A stretch of 64,000 bases of DNA, taken from NCBI RefSeq assembly GCF_006345805.1, contig NC_043002.1:88412001-88476000 (forward strand), in the 5' to 3' direction. The notes under the pieces were generated by a model. It saw nothing but the letters and a program-made list of their open reading frames with translations. It was not told the DNA's origin and did no database searches. Source of the stretch: Octopus sinensis. Its lineage: Eukaryota. Below, piece by piece: positions 40,848 to 54,555 of this stretch. Both the position numbers and the translations under genes were made by a program. The number at the start of each line of letters is the position of its first letter. Positions within the stretch are counted from its first letter, which is position 1.

Positions 40848-41238
40848 TGATACCTGTGCCGGTGGCACATAAAAGGCACCATCCGAACGTGGCCGTTGTC
40901 AGCACCGCCTCGACTGGCTTCTGTGCCGGTGGCACATAAAAAGCACCATCCGAACATGACCGATGCCAGTGCCGCCTTGGCTGGCTTCCATGCCGGTGAC
41001 ACGTTAAAAGCACCAACTGATCGTGGCTGATGCCAGACTCCCTTGGCACCTGTGCCGGTGGCACGTAGAAAGCACCCACTACACTCGCGGAGTGGTTGGT
41101 GTTAGGAAGGGCATCCAGCTGTAGAAACACTGCCAGATCAAACCAGAGCTTGGTGCAGCCCCTGGCTTCCCAGACCCCGGTCGAACCGTCCAACCCGTGC
41201 TAGCACGGAAAACGGACGTTAAATGATGATGATGATGA
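40848..41238 (+). mobile_element. Family D retroposon with four tandem GTGCCGGTGGCACGTAAAAAGCACC-type units
   Basis: Direct reading; similar copies at ~38166-38368, ~57905-58200 and ~63165-63597. Confidence 0.9.
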
Positions 41239-43103
41239 TAAAAGCTTACAGGAGACCTAACTTCACATATAGGTCTTTGAGTGATTTTTTAAAGGTATAT
41301 TTTGGGAAGAAAGTGCATCTTATATACCATCAAATATCATAATCAAAATGTTGCAAGAATCGGAGCAAACAAAGATATAAATAATTCAACAGATTTTAAA
41401 ATCATTAGTCTTATAATTCTTATGTTTATGACATCTGTTAATTTATATCCTTATTGATTAAAAAAATGACATCATTAAAGTTTCCCCATACAAGTATCAA
41501 TGGCTGTGGAATGAAATTACAGTACAGTACAGCCAGCTATCATTCATGAGTATGGATCAGTAACATGTTCACACTTGACCTAATTGTTTTCAGCGCCTGC
41601 TTAGTTGCAAGTGGTCATATAAACCCTTTCAAGCTTTCCTCTTTTGACCGAGTGGAACATTGAGAGCTTCACCAATATCTGACTGGTACTCATAATGGCA
41701 GAGTAGGCTGGAGCAGGGTAAAAATAGCACGCATTTATCAAAGACATAAGGTATCACCCAGTCTAGGAATTGAATTCATGACCTTATGACAAAGAGCCAA
41801 ACACACTAAACACTAAGCCTTGTACTCTGAAATAACGGTACTAGACTACAAATCACGTGAATATTTGCCTAGTCTATGCTTCACTGAAGAGGTATAATAA
41901 GATTGGAACATGTCTGGGGGTGCCTCTTCTGCTTACCAAAATTATTCATTAAGCTGTTTTCCCACTACATCAAATTGGTAGCACAAATTTAATATAGCCA
42001 TTGGTATCAAATACTCTTGCCATAGTCTGTCAGACTTTATAGCTGAATAGTTAACTGTTGAAAGTGACTGTGTCAACATTATGATACAGAATTGTATTAA
42101 TTTATAAGGCTGCACCACTCACAGTTAGCTTAGAAAATTGGTTATAAATAAAAGCAAAATTTGTATATATATGCATAAATAAATATACTTAGAGTCAGGC
42201 AGTAAGACTAACATTTGGTTTGGTTTTCCTAAAGTTGAAAATGTGCTATGTTTGGTATGCAATGAAAATATTTCATTAGTAATTGAACATTTAGTTGCAT
42301 ATACTAGAATTTGTACCCTACCCATTTGTGAAATAAAATATTCTATTTCTCAGTAATATTATATTCTTTTTTTTTTTCTTTTTTCATTTCCTTCCAGTGC
42401 TTTCTCTATCCTGTTTCAGGGAAGAGGTGTTTGTGATGACAGATGTCAGATTTTTGAGTGATGAAACCAGAGAATAGAGATTACCTCTAGGGAGGTTTTT
42501 TTTTTTTCTTTTTGTTTCTTTTATCTGACATTACTGGAGCTGACACAATGGAAAAGATGGATCTTGTCTAAAGTATTTTAGATGATAACTCAAGGCTAAG
42601 AAAGTATATAATTACTAGTGAGAAGTTCAATTTGTGGATGTGTCTACAGATAATACACTGTGATTCAATTATAGGTTATATTTTAGTTCAAATTATTGTT
42701 GTTGTTGTTGTTGTTGCTGCTTAACTTAGATCAACCTTGACCAAGCAGACCTATGATTAAAAACCTTCCAGCCATGACTATTCCATCTATTTTTTTTCTT
42801 TTAAAATATAGTGTATCTAGGATTAAATTATTCAATGTGCTCTTTGCTTTTTTTAATTCAATGGTGAAAGTCGAGGAAGGATTAGCTGTTACTTCTGGTG
42901 CATAGAGGTTCCCCTATTAGTTCTTGTTGCAGTTTCAGGAGATGAGTTTTCTCTTGTCAAGGATATCATCTCTGTAAATAATCCATAGCTTTCTTTGAAT
43001 GTTGGACAGCCCACTCTTCTGCTTCATTTAAAAACTCTATTACATTATGCTGTTTCCACATAAACCCTGCAATGCAGAACAGGAAAGATGTGTTACTATA
43101 ATA

Positions 43104-43530
43104 GGCGCAGGAGTGGCTGTGTGGTAAGTAGCTTGCTAACCAACCACATGGTTCCGGGTTCAGTCCCACTGCGTGGCAACTTGGGCAAGTGTCTTCTACT
43201 ATAGCCCCGGGCCGACCAATGCCTTGTGAGTGGATTTGGTAGACGGAAACTGAAAGAAGCCTGTCGTATATATGTATATATATATGTGTGTGTGTGTATA
43301 TGTTTGTGTGCCTGTGTTTGTCCTCCTAGTATTGCTTGACAACCGATGATGGTGTGTTTACGTCCCCGTCACTTAGCGGTTCGGCAAAAGAGACCGATAG
43401 AATAAGTACTGGGCTTACAAAGAATAAGTCCCGGGGTCGATTTGCTCGACTAAAGGCGGTGCTCCAGCATGGCCGCAGTCAAATGACTGAAACAAGTAAA
43501 AGAGTAAAAGAGTAAAAAGAGTAAAGAGTA
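43104..43530 (+). mobile_element. SINE family A, young-looking copy
   Basis: Retains CpGs; (TAAAAGAG)n tail. Further A copies at ~2980(-), 7800(-), 23745(-), 30180(-), 51826(-), 53850(-), 61170(-). Confidence 0.9.
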
Positions 43531-43754
43531 TAAAGGAAGATTTACACTGTTAACATGTGCAACTGGAACAACATATGTCAGTTAATAAAAAATAGCTATA
43601 CCTACGTTTGCATGACTTTCAGTAGAACTCTCATAATTAATTACACTATACTAATTATAATATTCTAATTATATTATTCATTTCAATATACATCCTCTAC
43701 AGTCATTAAAACAATTATCTATATACTGAATAAACTAGAATTGATTCAGATGAC

Positions 43755-46187
43755 TATATACGTTCCGTAATCGCTGGGTCGAATGTGGGACATGTCTCAT
43801 CTCTGTCTGCCTCCAATGTGCCACGGACTTTCAGAAGATCCCAGGCCAAAAAAAGAGCCATCATAATGCTATGATGGATAGACTCTGGAAGATGGTTCAG
43901 CTTAAATCTTGGACTTTTCAGTGTCAGGCCTGCGTGCCTCCACAACCGACGATTGTGTCTCCCCCTGCCACTCCCGTGGAGGAGGCGGAACAGCAACAGC
44001 AGCAACAACAAAATCAACCACAACCAGAGCAGCAGCAGCAGCAACAACAAAATCAACCACAACTAGAGCAGCAGCAGCAGCAACAAAATCAACCACAACC
44101 AGAGCAGCAACAACAACAACAACAGCAGCAACAACAAAATCAACCACAACCAGAGCAGCAGCAACAACAACATCAACAACAACAACAGCAACAACAAAAT
44201 CAACCACAACCAGAGCAGCAGCAGCAGCAACAACAAAATCAACCACAACCAGAGCAGCAGCAACAACAACAACAGCAGCAACAACAAAATCAACCACAAC
44301 CAGAGCAGCAGCAACAACAACATCAACAACAACAACAGCAACAACAAAATCAACCACAACCAGAGCAGCAGCAACAACAACAACAGCAGCAACAACAAAA
44401 TCAACCACTAGAGCAGCAGGCAGCAGCAACAACAAAATCAACCACACCAGAGCAGCAGCAACAACAACAACAGCAGCCAACAACAAAATCAACCACAACC
44501 AGAGCAGCAGCAACAACAACAGCAACAACAAAATCAACCACAACCGAGCAGCAGCAGCAACAACAACAACACCAATTGACCAGTGCGGTTCTTGCAGAAC
44601 TGCAACAATCGATCTGTTCTTTAAGAGGGGAAGTAGCAGGAATAAAAGCAACCATTCAGGTTGGACTCCACAATGAGGGGTCTTATCTTGAATGCTCTGC
44701 TAAAGAACCTCCCTGTACCTGTACCTCTTGTCGCATTTAAGCCCGCGGATTCTGCTACCCATGAAGTCATTGCCATTGGGGTGCCAGAAGACATGGCTGA
44801 TCTTCAGGCATTTGCTGCCAACTCAGCCAAAGACCTAGGCTGCGTTCCCCCAACGGGTGCTATCCGCCTTGGACGACCTGGCCCAAAACCTAGGCTCATC
44901 AAGCTGTCTTTTTCGGACCACACTGAGGCAACCTCTTACCATCTGGCCTCAGTTAAAGCTGGGCGTGAAAATTGGACCACCTTCCGAACACGCCCAGGCT
45001 TACCGTCCGATGTACGTCCGAAGCTACGTGTAGCGGCTTCCCTGAATAGGACTCAGCTCTACAGGAAAGCTTCAGTCTTCGGGAAGATGGACAAATCTGG
45101 AGATTTGTCAAGACTGCTGAAACGTGGAAGAGAGATACCAGCTGGTCTGAGTGCTCTCTACCCACAATAACTAAAAAGACTACAGCAACTCAGGAAACTA
45201 AGCCAGAACAACCTGCCATCCTCTACACACCATCATAAACTGCGAGCAGGGTACAAATTGTTGTCCTTAAATGCTCGCAGTTTATGCAACAAAATACATT
45301 TGTTCAACGCCTACGTCAGAAGTATTGACCCTGACTTCATCACTGTCACGGAAACATGGGCGCATTCCTTACTCTGTGATGGGGTTTTCAACATTACGGG
45401 TACAACCTCTTCCGTAAGGACCGCACTTACCACCGTGGTGTGGTGTGATGGTCTACGTTCGTTCTCAAATTTTTTGGTAATTCCTTTTGCCGATTTGAAC
45501 GAATCACAAGAAGAAGTTTTTTTTTCTGTGACGTACGTATGACCATGTCAACACTCCTGCTTGGCGTTGTTTATCGTCCCCCAAATTATCATCAGGACAC
45601 ACAGCTTTGCAATATCCTCCGAGCTGCTGCCAGGAAAACAGCCACTTATGTGTTTATTGCAGGTGATTTCAATCATCCTGAGATCGATTGGGAAACCTTC
45701 CACTGGCCACTTGGAATTCGCATCATCAGTTTGGAACCCCTATCTTGCTCAGAACATTGACCTCCTGGAATCTGTCCAGAGACGTGCAACCAAACGCATA
45801 CCCTCCATCAGACACCTACCATATTCTGAGCGCCTTGTTTCCCTGGGCATGGATTCACTGAGCTCCGGCATCTGGCGACGGACTTGGTAAACACCCACAA
45901 AGTTATCAACCACCTCACCAACAACAACACTGAACACCTTTTTGATCTCCATGTGTCTAACACACGTGGACATGCCTACAAAGTCAGAAAACAACACAGC
46001 TCCCCTGACTTTCGGAAACATTTTTTCACGCTCAGAGTTGCTGAAGCATGGAATAAACTGCCTGCGTCAGTTGTTGACTGCCATGACACTGCATCCTTAG
46101 GCCCTCATGCTTTCCGAATCCGCCGAAACTACACCTGATTATATATACACTTTAGATGAGTTGTAGTGCACCTGAGCACTGTACACA

Positions 46188-46218
<31 letters not shown>
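43755..46218 (+). mobile_element. CR1-like LINE, 5'-truncated and internally deleted (ORF1, APE, C-terminus, (ATT)n tail)
   Basis: ORF1: WVECGTCLISVCLQC...FQCQAC (PHD-like), polyQ, RLGRPGPKPRLIKLSF. ORF2: LNARSL.NK, ITVTETW, GVVYRPP, AGDFNHPEIDW fused to LEFASSVWNPY...LESVQRRATK, RKHFFTLRVAEAWNKLP. No RT domain remains. Confidence 0.9.
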
Positions 46219-46220
<2 letters not shown>

Positions 46221-47467
46221 CACTCACCCCAATTTATAAATGTTTATATCATGCCTTCAGAAAGTCTATCAATATTTTTGTTGTTCCCGTTGCTGTTTGG
46301 TTCCAAGGCAAACTTAATGGGACTCCAGCCATAGACATCCTATCTTTATTAAAGTACAACCCAGGCTGCTGTATCTAGTGTGCACTTTTCTCACAATGAC
46401 AGACTGTGATACAAGAAGATCTAGTCATTATTTTGTGTAGGTCCAGTAATCACATAGAGGTTCCCTTATAAAGTTGTCTATATTATAGTAAAGCTGGTAG
46501 ATGGAGTCTAAAAGGAGGACAAGATCCCAGAGAATAAGTATCATGGGCCAGGTTTTATTGGCAAATATGTTTGTCTAATTTCACCTAACATAAATGTCCT
46601 TGCATAATATATTGGTTTTGAATTTTGGAACAAGGCCTGTAAGTTTGAGGAAGGCACTTATCGACTGGTACTCATTTTATTAATCCTGAATGGATGAAAG
46701 GCAAAGTGGAACTCAGTGGAATTTGAACTCAGAATGTAAAGAAGGACAAAATGCTGCTAAGTATTTTGCTCAGCATGCTAATGATTCTGCTAGCTTGCTG
46801 CCTTGTCCTTTCATAAATTACCATGTAAAATATGCTATCGTGTATAATATGCTACTATGTATAAAACTCCATCATGTATACCACATCATCACATATATTA
46901 CATAGCTCAGTTCAGAGTCCTAAACAAAAAAACCAAAACATTATAATACTATTTATAACACACAGTGTTACACAACTCCCACAAGAATTGATAATCTATC
47001 ATAATCCAATAGATTACAGTATTAGATGGCATATATTACAGTATTAGATGGCGTATATTCACTTTCTTCAAAAAACATATCTCAAAAATCACCCAGGATC
47101 CAATATGCAAATTTGCTTTAAATATTGCCTGCTTTGATACATAAAAACTTATATTTCCTGAATATTCGCTGCTGAAATTGAAGTTTGTCGAATATGCCCA
47201 TGTGTCTTTTATGACATCAAGTACAGTAGCTATTAATATTTTGTTTTATATAACATACACTGATATATATTACAAAATAATCTAAAAATATAATAAAACT
47301 AAATTACATTATTTTATCTTTATTACTTGCAAAATACATGGAAAGAGTAAAATGCAAATTTATAGCCTAATATCATGTATTATACATACACTGATTTTAA
47401 TCTTGATTTTGGTGAAGAAGGATAGATTATATATGAATTTTTATAGTACATCGCTAATATATTTACT

Positions 47468-47859
47468 GGATGGAAGCACTCCGTCGGTTACGACGATGAG
47501 GGTTCCGGTTGATCCGAATCAACGGAACAGCCTGCTCGTGAAATTAACGTGTAAGTGGCTGAGCACTCCACAGACACGTGCACCCTTAACGTAGTTCTCA
47601 GGGATATTCAGCGTGACACAGAGAGTGACAAATGCCGGCCAAATGAAATACAGGTACAACAGAAACAGGAAGTAAGAGTGGAGTGAGAGAAAGTTGAGGC
47701 GAAAGAGTACAACAGGGGTTGCCACCATCCCCTGCCGGAGCCTCGTGGAGCTTTAGGTGTTTTCTCTCAATAAACACACAACGCCCGGTCTGGGAATCGA
47801 AACCGCAATCCTCCGACCGCGAGTCCGCTGCCCTAACCACTGGGCCATTGCGCCTCCAC
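47468..47859 (-). mobile_element. SINE family C
   Basis: 8-bp TSD TATTTACT. Confidence 0.9.
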
Positions 47860-48027
47860 TATTTACTACTGCTTATATTTACATTGGTTATGATGATGAA
47901 TATGTTGCATATCCCATTCCATCATCAGCATTCTAAATTTCTCTATAGCAATGGCAGCACTATCCTACATCCTGTTTTTAATCATGATTAAAGAAAGACA
48001 ATCATGGGTTGATTTCTAGATGATTAC

Positions 48028-48092
48028 CTAACTGATGAACAATTGTCTCAGACAATTCTTGGCCATCTTCTGTCTTCCTGCCATCTTGTTCT
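48028..48092 (-). CDS. Candidate host exon (65 nt, phase 2->1): EQDGRKTEDGQELSETIVHQL
   Basis: Acceptor gtttcccccattgctttctccttgaag, donor TAG|gtaatc. Confidence 0.3.
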
Positions 48093-48234
48093 CTTCAAGG
48101 AGAAAGCAATGGGGGAAACTATCTCAGTGTATTCTCCTTGGGATGCTAGGATACAATAAAAGCAGGTGACATCCAGAAAAATTACATTTCAGAAACCTCA
48201 GAATTATGGCTTTCAGTGAATCAGGTCATATCAT

Positions 48235-48710
48235 ACCTCATCTCGAAAGAGTCTAGAAGCTGGCTACCTGCATGGATCTTGGTCTCAAGCATTTGTCTTA
48301 TGAAGAAAGGCTGAAGACGCTCGACCTTTATTCTCTCCAAAAATGACGCCGCCGTGGTGATCTCATTCTCGCTCACAACATCATAAGCGGAAAGTGTAAC
48401 CTCTCGAAAGAGCTGTTCTTCACTCCTGCTCCGGAGTGTGGGCTATGGGGTCACTCTGAAAAGCTCTATCTAAGACGATTTCATTTCAATCGAAGGAGAG
48501 GGGCTTTATCCGTCCAGGTTGCGGATCTATGGAATAAGCTGCTGGACGAGATAGTGAAGATGCCGACAACCGCTCGGTTCAAAGTCTCTCTTGACCAGAA
48601 ATGGCCTGAACTCTTTGTATGACCCCCCTCCCTGTTCATAACTCCATGTCCCCCTACATGGCCTTGCTTTTGCTTTTTGAGCCAATAAAAATTAAATTAA
48701 AATAAATTAA
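48235..48710 (+). mobile_element. CR1-like LINE 3' fragment (second family)
   Basis: LKHLSYEERLKTLDLYSL..RRRGDLI..WNKL; AT-rich tail. Confidence 0.85.
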
Positions 48711-50239
48711 ATATCTAACTTTTTAGTGTCATTTTAATTATATGAATGGAAGAGAAAAAATTAAGCTAATACATCTCAACATTTAAACTCAATTTTCTGT
48801 AAAAACATACATAGAAGAATAAAAGGTAAAGTATTCTTTAGCAAGATCTGCCCTCAGAGCATAGAGAAAATAAAACTGGATAGTGTAAGACATTTCATCT
48901 GGTGGGTTGATGCCTGACAGTTCACCACCCTAAATAATAAAAAGAAAGGCTACAGCTGCTTATTACTTTTGGGCACATCCACAATCTAAATTTCAGACAG
49001 ACAATTATATTTCTTTGCATAGTAATTATTTAAGATACTTTTGATAATTTACGTTTCCTTGCTTCATTGTACTTTACTGATGGAGCACAAATTGCACTTA
49101 CACTTTATGATTGATGGGGTTTAGTAATTAGGACATCTAACTTTAAAAACAGTGCCCAGAGTATGAAATGTTGTAATTTTAGACTGATCAAATATACCTT
49201 ACAAGAATAAATTGAGAGAAGTACTGGCATAATATTAATAGATTTCTGCCAATTTCATCAAAGAGTATTCTTCAGTTGTTTGATCAACTGAAATCCTTGG
49301 TGAAATTCTCATTCAGAATCAGTGTGACTAGTGTGTTACATAGCTGGATTTTAAAATTACAAGTGCAATAAATTGGAAGTGATTCCTAACAGTTTCCATT
49401 TACCTTATTTCACTTATAAGGCATTGATAAATTCGAGATTATGGAGCTAAGTATCAAACAATTGAATCAAACCCATCACCTCTTGATTGCAAAGCAAACT
49501 TCTTAACTAATTGGTTATGGTGCATCATCACATTAGGCTAATGCAATGTTTATGAAATAATGTAAAAAACAAAAAGCCCAAAGTTGGTTAGAACTTGTTA
49601 GATACAAGAGAATATGTTATTTATTAGTGTTAAGTCCACATATAATTCAAACAATCACCAGATATAGCTGGATATGTAATTGAGTATTGGTGTAATTTTG
49701 AACAAAAACTACATTTACACAAGTTTGTTCTAGCAAAAATCGTTGTAGGACTGAGCTTATAATCTGGAACATTGCTTCTCATTGACAATTGTTGGGCTAA
49801 ATATTGTAACACAAGTTGTTTAATGAATGTTCTTGACTGGACCCTTGCTCATTTTCAATATCAATTCAGATATTTCCATTCTGCCCTGGGTTTTATTGAC
49901 ATCTAGTGATTGAATTTTAATTCAGTGAGATTTCCCTTGCTGACCGATAATAGAAGTTGAAAAGCTTGATTCCCCTTTCTTACAAATATCATTTGCACAG
50001 AAACCAGGTTGTACCACCAAGTCTACCTCTCTCTCTCAATGGGCTTACAGTGCACTCAGCCACCATCTTGAGTATTTGTAAGCCTTCATAAGCTATTGTT
50101 GGTGCTATATATGTTTATATAGTCTGTGGTATGGTGACCTTCATAGTCAGACAGACATTTTAGATTGTGGTGCTCATTGTGCACTGTTATATAACAGTGA
50201 AGAAATTACACACAATGAAACATATAAAAACGAGTGCAC

Positions 50240-50345
50240 ATTTACTTATCTTTACATATGTATATATATATATATATATTATAGATATATATATAATATA
50301 TATATTATATAATTAGAGACAAAACCACTATTATGCAAATCAAAC

Positions 50346-50395
<50 letters not shown>

Positions 50396-50588
50396 CTACA
50401 CACACACACACACATATATATATATGCATACATATATACAAATATATATAAATATGTATTCATTATGCTTTTGCATATATATACATTATATATATATATA
50501 CATATATATACATTTATGCCATATATGCATACAAATGCAAATGTATTATATTCAATGGCATAAATGTATATTTATATGCAAGAGCATA

Positions 50589-50627
<39 letters not shown>

Positions 50628-50730
50628 CATACATACATACATACATACATACATACATACATACATACACATATATATATAACATATATATATATATATA
50701 TTATATATATCAGATATATATTATCTATAT

Positions 50731-50762
<32 letters not shown>

Positions 50763-51191
50763 ATATATATATAAATATATATATATTTGTATATATCTAT
50801 GCATATATATATACAAATATATATAAATATATAGTTGTATATATGTATGCATATATATATATAATAATACATACATACATATGTATATATATATACACAT
50901 ACACACACACACGCACGTATATATATATATGCATACATATATACAAATATATATAAATATGTATTCATTATGCTTTTGAATATATATACATTTATATATA
51001 TACATATATATACATTTATGCCATATATGCATACAAATGCAAATGTATTTATATTCAATGGCATAAATGTATATTTATATGCAAGCATAATAATAAATAA
51101 ATATATATATATTATATATATATATATATATAATATATATATATATACATACATACATACATACATACATACACACATACACATATATATA

Positions 51192-51276
<85 letters not shown>

Positions 51277-51345
51277 TATATTTGTATATATCTATGCATA
51301 TATATATACAAATATATATAAATATATAGTTGTATATATGTATGC

Positions 51346-51376
<31 letters not shown>

Positions 51377-51635
51377 CATACATATATATATATATATACA
51401 CATACACACACACACACGCACATATATATATATATGCATACATATATACAAATATATATAAATATGTATTCATTATGCTTTTGCATATATATACATTTAT
51501 ATATATATACATATATATACATTTATGCCATATATGCATACAAATGCAAATGTATTTATATTCAATGGCATAAATGTATATTTATATGCAAGAGCATAAT
51601 AAATATATATTTATATATATTTGTATACATGTATG

Positions 51636-51680
<45 letters not shown>
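50240..51680. repeat. (TA)/(CATA)-rich block with three ~500-bp tandem units
   Basis: Non-microsatellite core ATGTATTCATTATGCTTTTG...GCATAATAAAT recurs at ~50455, ~50960 and ~51465. Confidence 0.85.
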
Positions 51681-52739
51681 TCATACTTATACATACTCAT
51701 GTACATGGAGATAATGATGCAAATATACAAATAAAACCACTTGTGCAAGATATACAAAAATATACATACATATATACATGTAAATATGTAATTTGAGAGA
51801 AAACAAAAACTGAAAATATTCAGATACTCTTTCTCTTTTACTCTTTTACTTGTTTCAGTCATATGACTGTGGCCATGCTGGAGCACCACCATTAGTCGAG
51901 TAAGTCAACCCCAGGACTTATTCTTTGTAAGCCTAGTACTTATTCTATCGGTCTCTTTTGCTGAACTGCTAAGTTACAGGGATGTAAACACACCAGCATC
52001 AGTTGTCAAGCGATGTTGGGTGGACAAACACAGACACACAAACATATACATACACATACATATATATACATATATACGATGGGCTTCTTTCAGTTTCCGT
52101 CTACCGAATCCACTCACAAGGCTTTGGTCGGCCCGAGGCTATAGTAGAAGACACTTGCCCAAGGTGCCACGCAGTGGGACTGAACCTGGAACTATGTGGC
52201 TGATAAGCAAGCTACTTACCACACAGCCACTCCTACATTTATTTATAAATATATAGTGTAAAGACAGAAAATTAAAGGGAGAAGGTTTGGTATTAAAGGT
52301 CTGACACTATTTCTGGAGGTTTGAAATTACCTCAAATAGTTGGCAGATGTAGTTTACACAGAGTCAAGGATATGTAACTAGAAGTAAAATCATTTAAACA
52401 TAAGCTGGATCTGACCTCCATCTTCAGGGTGTTTTAGTTGCATATCTTTGACCTTGTGCTAAAGCACCGATCTTGAGAAATTAAGCTTCTCAAAACCAGA
52501 AAGAAGAAAGTCAATTAGAAGATTACAGATTCAAGTCATCTAGCCACTACACACACTTTTTTCTCTCCTTGTTTCTCTCCTTGTTTTTTTCTGTGTCCCT
52601 TTCTGTAGAAGAGTGTAGGCTCGAAACACTAAATACTTTTTCTGTTCCTGAGCATTATACTAATACATCTGTTTGTTTTGTACACCACTTGTCTTAGTCT
52701 TTTGTTTTTTTCGTAAACTCTCCCTATATATATATATAT

Positions 52740-53049
52740 ATCACATGATCACGTGACTGACCAGGCTATCAGATGTTGCTACACATTTCCGATCACAATG
52801 TGCTTCGCATTGTTTTAGCCTTCAAACGACACCACCCCGCTGGCTAAGTGAGCAGGCCAACAGAAGAAAGAGTGAGAGAAAGTTGTGGCGAAAGAGTACA
52901 GCAGGGATCGCCACCATCCCCTGCCAGAGCCTCGTGGAGCTATAGGTGTTTTCGCTCAATAAACACTCACAACGCCCGGTTAGGGAATCGAAACCGCTAT
53001 CCTACAACTGCGAGTCCGCTGCCCTAACCACTGGGCCATTGCGCCTCCC
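52740..53049 (-). mobile_element. SINE with family-C head but a different 3' tail
   Basis: The 5' ~180 nt match family C; the tail resembles the RTE-like end at 9268-9397. Flanked by a Penelope-like pLTR (~52545-52738, CTGTAGAAGAGTGTAGGCTCGAAAC). Confidence 0.75.
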
Positions 53050-53104
53050 TACATATAACCCATGCTAGCATGAAAAGCAGATGCTAAATGAAGATGATGA
53101 TGAT

Positions 53105-53330
53105 ATGTACATGTTTAGATATGCAACTATATGCATGAGAATACATACATAAAACAAAACATACAAATCTGCACATGTACTGATTCCAAATACTGCACAT
53201 ACACACAAACATGAAAAATACCCTGTTGATGTTGTTGAAATTTTAGTGAAGAAGCCTTAGATTTAGGTTAAAAGCTAACTCTTTCTCTATTGACAAGAGA
53301 TCTTGAAATAAAACTGAATAATATCACACA
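53105..53330 (+). mobile_element. 3' UTR of the R4/Dong-like LINE
   Basis: Matches 15720-15945 and is again followed by (ACAT)n; an RLE scrap lies at ~52470-52540. Confidence 0.8.
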
Positions 53331-53687
53331 TACATTCATTCATACATACATACATACATACATACATAAATACATACATACATCTATACATACATACATG
53401 CATACATGCATACATGCATACATACATTCATACATACATACATTCACACACACACATACATACACACATACATACATACATACATAATACATACATACAC
53501 AAATGCACACACATGTCTATGCCTACATATAAATATGCAAGACATATTGCAATTCAATTCATATGAAATATGAAACCGGTTTCAACTCTGTGTGTGGTTA
53601 GTCAGGGATATGATGATATTAATTTCATGTGCACATTTGATTTTTTTTTTTTTTAGTGTAACAGAAACAAAATTCTATTACATTTAC

Positions 53688-53731
53688 ATCATTTGTTCAG
53701 AGGCATTAATGACTTTAATAATATGAAATAA
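53688..53731 (-). CDS. Candidate host exon (44 nt, phase 0->2): LFHIIKVINASEQM
   Basis: Acceptor ttttattcttacttgcag, donor GAT|gtaaat. Confidence 0.2.
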
Positions 53732-54555
53732 CTGCAAGTAAGAATAAAATCTAGAGTCTTGACTAAATTTGCTGGGCGTTTATCATTTCTGTTCAGCTCT
53801 CACCCCCATCATGGAAAATGGTAGTGTTACTTTCTTCTCATTGAATATACTCTTTACTCTTTACTCTTTTACTTGTTTCAGTCATTTGACTGTGGCCATG
53901 CTGGAGCACCACCTTTTAGTCGAGCAAATCGACCCCAGAACTTATTCTATCGGTCTCTTTTGCCGAACCGTTAAGCTACGGGGACATAAACACACCAGCA
54001 TCGGTTTTCAAGCGATGTTGGGGGGACAAACACAGACACACAAACATATACACATACACACATATATATATATACATATATACGACAGGCTTCTTTCAGT
54101 TTCCGTCTACCAAATCCACTCACAAGGCTTTGGTTGGCCCGAGGCTGTAGTAGAAGACACTTGCCTTAGATGCCATGCAGTGGGACTGAACCCAGAACCA
54201 TGTGGTTCGTAAGCAAGCTACTTACCACACAGCCACTCCTACGCCTATATAACCAACATTTTAGTGAAAGAATTATATCCCATTAGACTGACTTCAGTAT
54301 ATTCTGGTTGTTGTTTTTTTATTGCTGTTGTTGTTGTTTTAGTCTCAGGATAGCAATGCTTGTTCTGTTTACAATGATGATGCCCCAGTTCTGATCCCAC
54401 CAATTGGCAGCTTTGGCAGGTGTTTTTTACCATCAGCTCAGATCAACCCAAGTCTTTTGGGTTATAAGCTATGCAGAAACTTGTTAGTTGGCCTGTAAAG
54501 TTATTTTCTCAAGTGTTATATTGCAATACTACACAGTGGCTGCGTGAGCTACGAA

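Noticed and set aside
41620-41710. Strong-looking minus-strand acceptor with LLCHYEYQSDIGEALNVPL
   Set aside because: The acceptor belongs to a degenerate family-E SINE body and the donor is poor
42966-43063. GFMWKQHNVIEFLNEAEEWAVQHSKKAMDYLQR after a good acceptor
   Set aside because: Ends in a stop, no recognisable homology, cannot be tied to other exons
52331-52377. 47-nt segment with strong acceptor and donor
   Set aside because: Stops in all three frames; shows that chance or non-coding exon-like signals occur here
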